Below, in pieces: positions 16,093-20,000 of a stretch of 20,000 bases of DNA (within the stretch, counting starts at the first letter, position 1; every line of letters starts with the position of its first letter). This DNA is from an uncultured virus (IMG/VR IMGVR_UViG_3300037452_000097) (Duplodnaviria; Heunggongvirae; Uroviricota; Caudoviricetes), in IMG/VR virus record IMGVR_UViG_3300037452_000097. The stretch is one strand, 5' to 3'. The position numbers and the translations under genes are program-made. The notes beneath the pieces were generated by a model that was not told the origin of the DNA, searched no databases, and saw only the letters and a program-made list of their open reading frames with translations.

Positions 16093-16718
16093 CGGACTCT
16101 TCAACTGGCGGTTATCTTGTTCCGTCAAGCGCGTCGCCGCCAGAGGATACTGCTCTCGACGCTATTTTGCAAGGCGCGGTAGTTGCGCTCGTCGGGTTGC
16201 CTGGGCCAATGGTGCGTCCACGCTGGCAAACCCCGGTGCCAAAACAGCCCGAGGCAACGGTCGATTGGTGCGCAATCGGGGTTATGAGCGAAACGCCGGA
16301 ATACAGCGCATATACGAGGCATTGGCGAGGCGAGCCGTCAAATCCAAACGATCCCGTCGGGCAAGGCTATGATGAACAGCGGCGGCATGAAGTGCTGGAG
16401 GTCATGGCCAGCTTTTATGGGCCAAACTCGCGCGGTAACGCGAACATGTTTCGAGCCGGGATTTCGGTCGCGCAGAATCGGGAAGCCTTTTATCTGCAAA
16501 ACATGAATTTCGTTTCTACCGACTGCAAACTGACAAATGCTGCGGAATTGATCAACGAGGTTTGGTTTAGGCGCATGGATCTGACGTTTTTCGTGCGGCG
16601 TGAAATCGATAGGACTTATCCCGTTCTCAATATCCTGTCCGCGCCGATTACGATTCAATCGGACGCGCCGAATGCAACGGACACATTCAGCGCCGGGCCT
16701 AACCCGCCGCAAGTTTAA
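16089..16718 (+). CDS. Tail terminator / neck protein
   Basis: 209 aa. Motifs DSSTGGYL, MVRPRWQ, DWCAIG and SFYGP; last conserved gene before the sheath. Confidence 0.78.
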   Translation: MTDSSTGGYLVPSSASPPEDTALDAILQGAVVALVGLPGPMVRPRWQTPVPKQPEATVDWCAIGVMSETPEYSAYTRHWRGEPSNPNDPVGQGYDEQRRHEVLEVMASFYGPNSRGNANMFRAGISVAQNREAFYLQNMNFVSTDCKLTNAAELINEVWFRRMDLTFFVRREIDRTYPVLNILSAPITIQSDAPNATDTFSAGPNPPQV

Positions 16719-16911
16719 CGTCCCTAATGAGCAAATAAGCATTTCTTCGAGGATCAAATTCGAACGTGAACGACATGCCAGGCCTAATTTCGTAAGCCAT
16801 TACTAATGACCCGTCGCTGTGGATTACTGGAAGCGAATCCCATGACAGCGTTCCATCGCTACTAGCGAGCATCGGCTGTAATGCGTGATCGGCGATCATA
16901 TACATCTTCAT
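16699..16911 (-). CDS. Antisense hypothetical protein (70 aa)
   Basis: GGAGG lies 7 nt before the ATG on the minus strand; occupies the gap between the tail terminator and sheath genes. Confidence 0.55.
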   Translation of the reverse strand: MKMYMIADHALQPMLASSDGTLSWDSLPVIHSDGSLVMAYEIRPGMSFTFEFDPRRNAYLLIRDVKLAAG

Positions 16912-16968
16912 TCCTAATCCTCCGCAGGTTTAGGTTTCACGCCCTCAAACTTCCGGGGAGCCGTCCCG

Positions 16969-17124
16969 TTAATAGCGATCGTATCCCATTGCGGCATCAT
17001 CACTCTTGTGTTCTCGCCATGCGATAATGACAAGCGGGTCAAGCGTCTCCGCAGCGTGCAATATGGCCGATGCTAACCAATAGGCGCGCTCTTTAGAAAG
17101 CTTAATTTCGACTGATTCCGGCAT
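16969..17124 (-). CDS. Antisense hypothetical protein (51 aa, absent from the ORF track)
   Basis: Hand translation MPESVEIKLSKERAYWLASAILHAAETLDPLVIIAWREHKSDDAAMGYDRY*. GAGG lies 7 nt before the ATG. Confidence 0.5.
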   Translation of the reverse strand: MPESVEIKLSKERAYWLASAILHAAETLDPLVIIAWREHKSDDAAMGYDRY

Positions 17125-17130
17125 TTCACA

Positions 17131-17162
17131 GCCTCGTTGCGAGAAATTCGACGGGGTTTTTT
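17131..17162 (+). terminator. Terminator-like hairpin plus T-tract before the sheath gene
   Basis: GCCTCGTTG-CGAGAAATT-CGACGGGGT pairs using G:U wobble and runs into TTTTTT (17157-17162). Confidence 0.55.
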
Positions 17163-17176
17163 ATTAAGGAACTCCC

Positions 17177-18997
17177 ATGGCGCCAACCGGTCTTAACGTT
17201 TCCGACGTCGTATCGGTCCAAGTCAATATTGCGCCGACCGCGGCGACATTCCAAAACTTCGGAAGCCTCGTAATTATTGGCTCTTCGCCCGTGATCGATA
17301 CCACGGAACGTATTCGCCTTTATACCACATTGGCGGGAGTGGCAAGCGATTTCGGAACGATGTCGCCGGAATGGCTGGCCGCCGATCTTTTCTTCTCCCA
17401 GAGTCCGCAGCCGGCCTTCCTCTATATCGGGCGCTGGGCGCAATTCGCGACAAGCGGAGTATTGCACGGGGGCGTAATGACGCCTTCTATGCAGCTTCTC
17501 TCGAATTTCACCTCAATTTCAAACGGTGGATTCCTCGTCTATGTCGACGGGGTACCGTGCTCGGCGACCGGCATAGGACTGACCGGAGCGCTTAATATAA
17601 ATGGCGTGGCGTCGAGCATTCAAACCGAATTGCAAACTTTGGCGGCCGGCGCGACATTTGTCTGGAACAGCAATCTACAAAGATTCGACATAACGTCCGG
17701 CACGACCGGCGTCACCAGCTCGGTTAGCGTAATGTCCGCCCCGACTGCCTCCGGATGGTATAATTTCGCGGCAAATCCTATCGCCAACGCGACGGTCACT
17801 CTAAACGGCACCGTCGTTACATTCGTTGCTTCCGGGCCAGTAGGGAATCAAGTTCTTATCGGCGGCACAACCGCAATCACCATGGCGAACCTTGTGGCGT
17901 TCGCCAATACCTCCGCGGACGTGAACATTTCCAAAGTTACGCTAAGTTTGCCGAATGTCGTTAGCACAAAAGTCTATGTGGTTTCCAAACTGCCCGGCGC
18001 TCCGGGAAATGCCTACACCCTCGCTGCCTCCGTCGCGACCGTTTCCGGGGCAACGCTATCGGGGGGAACCGGAACCGATCTTTCCGTTTTGACCAATACG
18101 ACGCTAATCACGGCGTCCGCCCCGGTGATCGGCATTGCGCCGGAAACGGCATTAGCGTGTATCGGCGTTCTCGACAACCTTTCCGGCGTTTGGTACGGGG
18201 CCACATTTGCCACGGCCGTTCCCCCCGCTGATTCCGATTATATTGCGGTCGCCGGATATATCGAAGGGGCAAATCGTGCCCATATTTTCGGGGTGACGAC
18301 GCAAGCGCCGGGCGTTCTTGATCCAACCAATAATTCCGATATTGCAAGCTCGTTAAAGGTACTCGGGTACAAGCGGACATTTGAGCAATATTCATCTTCC
18401 AGTCTGTATGCCGCCGCGTCGATCTTCGGACGGGCGTTCACCGTTAATTTCAGTGCCAACAATTCTGTGATCACCCTAAAATTCAAGCAGGAACCTGGAA
18501 TTGTCGCGGAGTTCTTGACGGAATCCCAGGCCCAAACGATCACGAATAAAGATTGCAACGTATTCATAAATTATCAAAATGCCACGGCGATCATTCAGCA
18601 AGGCGTGATGGCCAACGGGTTTTTCTTTGACGAGGTTCACGGCACCGATTGGCTGGCGAATGCAATTCAAACGAATGTCTATAATCTCCTTTATCAGAGC
18701 CCGACAAAAATCCCGCAAACGGATGCCGGCACGCATCTGATCGTAAATGAAATTAACGATACCTTGGTTGCCGCGGTTAATAACGGGCTTGTGGCGCCGG
18801 GGGAATGGAACGGGCCGCCTCTCGGCCAATTGAATACCGGGGATACGCTTACCCTTGGATATTATGTCTTTGCCCCGCCGGTTGCGACGCAAGCGCAGGC
18901 CGACCGCGAGGCGCGCAAATCCGTTCCGATACAAGTGGCGATCAAATTGGCTGGGGCAATTCATTTCGCCGGCATTATCGTTACCGTAAATCGTTGA
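17177..18997 (+). CDS. Tail sheath protein (DUF3383-type)
   Basis: 606 aa. Motifs FFSQSPQP..LYIGRW, ITLKFKQEPGI, FFDEVHGTDWL, KIPQTDAG and KLAGAIH. TAAGGA upstream. Confidence 0.93.
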   Translation: MAPTGLNVSDVVSVQVNIAPTAATFQNFGSLVIIGSSPVIDTTERIRLYTTLAGVASDFGTMSPEWLAADLFFSQSPQPAFLYIGRWAQFATSGVLHGGVMTPSMQLLSNFTSISNGGFLVYVDGVPCSATGIGLTGALNINGVASSIQTELQTLAAGATFVWNSNLQRFDITSGTTGVTSSVSVMSAPTASGWYNFAANPIANATVTLNGTVVTFVASGPVGNQVLIGGTTAITMANLVAFANTSADVNISKVTLSLPNVVSTKVYVVSKLPGAPGNAYTLAASVATVSGATLSGGTGTDLSVLTNTTLITASAPVIGIAPETALACIGVLDNLSGVWYGATFATAVPPADSDYIAVAGYIEGANRAHIFGVTTQAPGVLDPTNNSDIASSLKVLGYKRTFEQYSSSSLYAAASIFGRAFTVNFSANNSVITLKFKQEPGIVAEFLTESQAQTITNKDCNVFINYQNATAIIQQGVMANGFFFDEVHGTDWLANAIQTNVYNLLYQSPTKIPQTDAGTHLIVNEINDTLVAAVNNGLVAPGEWNGPPLGQLNTGDTLTLGYYVFAPPVATQAQADREARKSVPIQVAIKLAGAIHFAGIIVTVNR

Positions 18998-19008
18998 GGT
19001 AAATAAGC

Positions 19009-19476
19009 ATGGCGACGTATTCGTTCTTGGATGTCAATGCCGCGCTAACCGATCCGGCTGGGTCATTCTCACTATCCGAGGGCGGGATTGCCGAGGAAGG
19101 TGTGACGATTGCTATGGAAGGCGACAAGACAACTATCGTCTGGGGCGCGGATGGAACGCCGATGACTTCGCTTCATGCCGCGCAAGGGGGAACGATTGCG
19201 ATCCGGTTGCAAAAAACAAGTCCCGTCAATGCGCTTCTGTCATCCCTCTATGCACAGACCACAAATAGCTCAGCGAATTGCGGAAACAGCACGATTACGG
19301 TTCGCAATGCGACCCGCGGCGATACGATTGTCGGCGTCGGGTGCTCGATTAAAAAGTTCCCGGACAATGTGAATGCCAGGGAAGGCGGGATGAATGATTG
19401 GATTTTCAACGCCGGGAGAATCAGTATGATTCTTGGCGACGGTAATCCGAACAGCACGACGATTCTAGCGGGATAG
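19009..19476 (+). CDS. Tail tube protein (DUF3277-type)
   Basis: 155 aa directly after the sheath. Motifs TYSFLDV, GADG and LQKTSPVNALLS. GAGGT upstream. Confidence 0.88.
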   Translation: MATYSFLDVNAALTDPAGSFSLSEGGIAEEGVTIAMEGDKTTIVWGADGTPMTSLHAAQGGTIAIRLQKTSPVNALLSSLYAQTTNSSANCGNSTITVRNATRGDTIVGVGCSIKKFPDNVNAREGGMNDWIFNAGRISMILGDGNPNSTTILAG

Positions 19477-19483
19477 GTAGCCA

Positions 19484-19825
19484 ATGGCGGAATTCGAGGT
19501 TAAGGGGATAACTTACAAGTCCACAAAATTACCATTAAAGCCGGCGATTGATTTGCTGTTAGATGTTGGGCCTCTCGCAATTGGGTTTAAAGACAATCCG
19601 GTGCTCGCGTTATCGAACATCCCGCGCGAGAGGGTTCATGATATTATTGCAATCTGTCTTGGCTCATGCGAGCGGCAAATGCCTGGGGGTACTGGTTGGG
19701 CGAAGATCTGGAACAAGGCGGCCGGCCAAGTAATGTTTGACGACATAGGATTGATGGAAACCGGCGCGATTGTTGTGCAAGTGCTGACGGATAATTTTGC
19801 GGATTTCTTGCCCGGCCAAAGCTAG
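19484..19825 (+). CDS. Tail assembly chaperone (gpG-like)
   Basis: 113 aa directly after the tube gene, with MFDDI and terminal DNFADFLP; followed by an overlapping open -1 frame. Confidence 0.8.
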   Translation: MAEFEVKGITYKSTKLPLKPAIDLLLDVGPLAIGFKDNPVLALSNIPRERVHDIIAICLGSCERQMPGGTGWAKIWNKAAGQVMFDDIGLMETGAIVVQVLTDNFADFLPGQS

Positions 19826-20000
19826 AATTTACTAGCCATGCGCCGCAACTCGATTACGAAATAATTTCCCTCCCTCCTGGACATCAATGGCTTATGCGCC
19901 CCGTGCTTGCCGGCAAGGTCTGGCTACACGAGTTGAAAGACGGCACGTATGATCTTTGTGATATTGCCGATATAAACGAAGCGCTGGACGTCGAGGCCGA
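19795..20000 (+). CDS. -1 frame extension of the tail chaperone (gpGT-like), truncated by the window end
   Basis: The frame is open from 19795 (TAA at 19792-19794) to the window end and reads ...SLPPGHQWLMRPVLAGKVWLHELKDGTYDLCDIADINEALDVEA. Its first ATG (19894) lies inside the conserved-looking motif. Confidence 0.75.

Noticed and set aside
16052..16372. 106-aa + strand ORF overlapping the tail terminator gene
   Set aside because: It is an alternative frame overlapping two better-supported, coupled genes (15928-16092 and 16089-16718).
17177..19476. Tailocin, type VI secretion or other contractile injection system
   Set aside because: Capsid, portal and terminase genes are present, so this is a DNA-packaging phage.

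Overview
This window is the head and proximal-tail morphogenesis region of a tailed phage or prophage with a contractile (myovirus-type) tail, nearly all on the + strand. The order is: probable terminase small subunit, terminase large subunit, DUF1073-type portal, SPP1 gp7/Mu F-like minor head protein, DUF2213-type protease/scaffold, head decoration protein, DUF2184-type major capsid, neck proteins, DUF3383-type sheath, DUF3277-type tube, and a tail chaperone with a likely -1 frameshift. Family names come from recalled motifs and synteny, not from searches. The most unusual part is a ~5.3 kb cassette between terS and terL encoding two beta-helix fibre/spike-like proteins and a small adaptor-like protein. 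The 1027-aa fibre has a classical Sec-type signal peptide and 20 mostly paired cysteines. A 115-aa protein in the head operon also has a clear signal peptide. This suggests virion accessory proteins that are exported, matured outside the cytoplasm and docked onto particles at or after lysis (inference). The window also holds an antisense winged-helix moron between terL and portal, several small ORFs missed by the ORF track, terminator-like hairpins directly before the capsid and sheath genes, and a perfect 32-bp tandem repeat upstream of terS.
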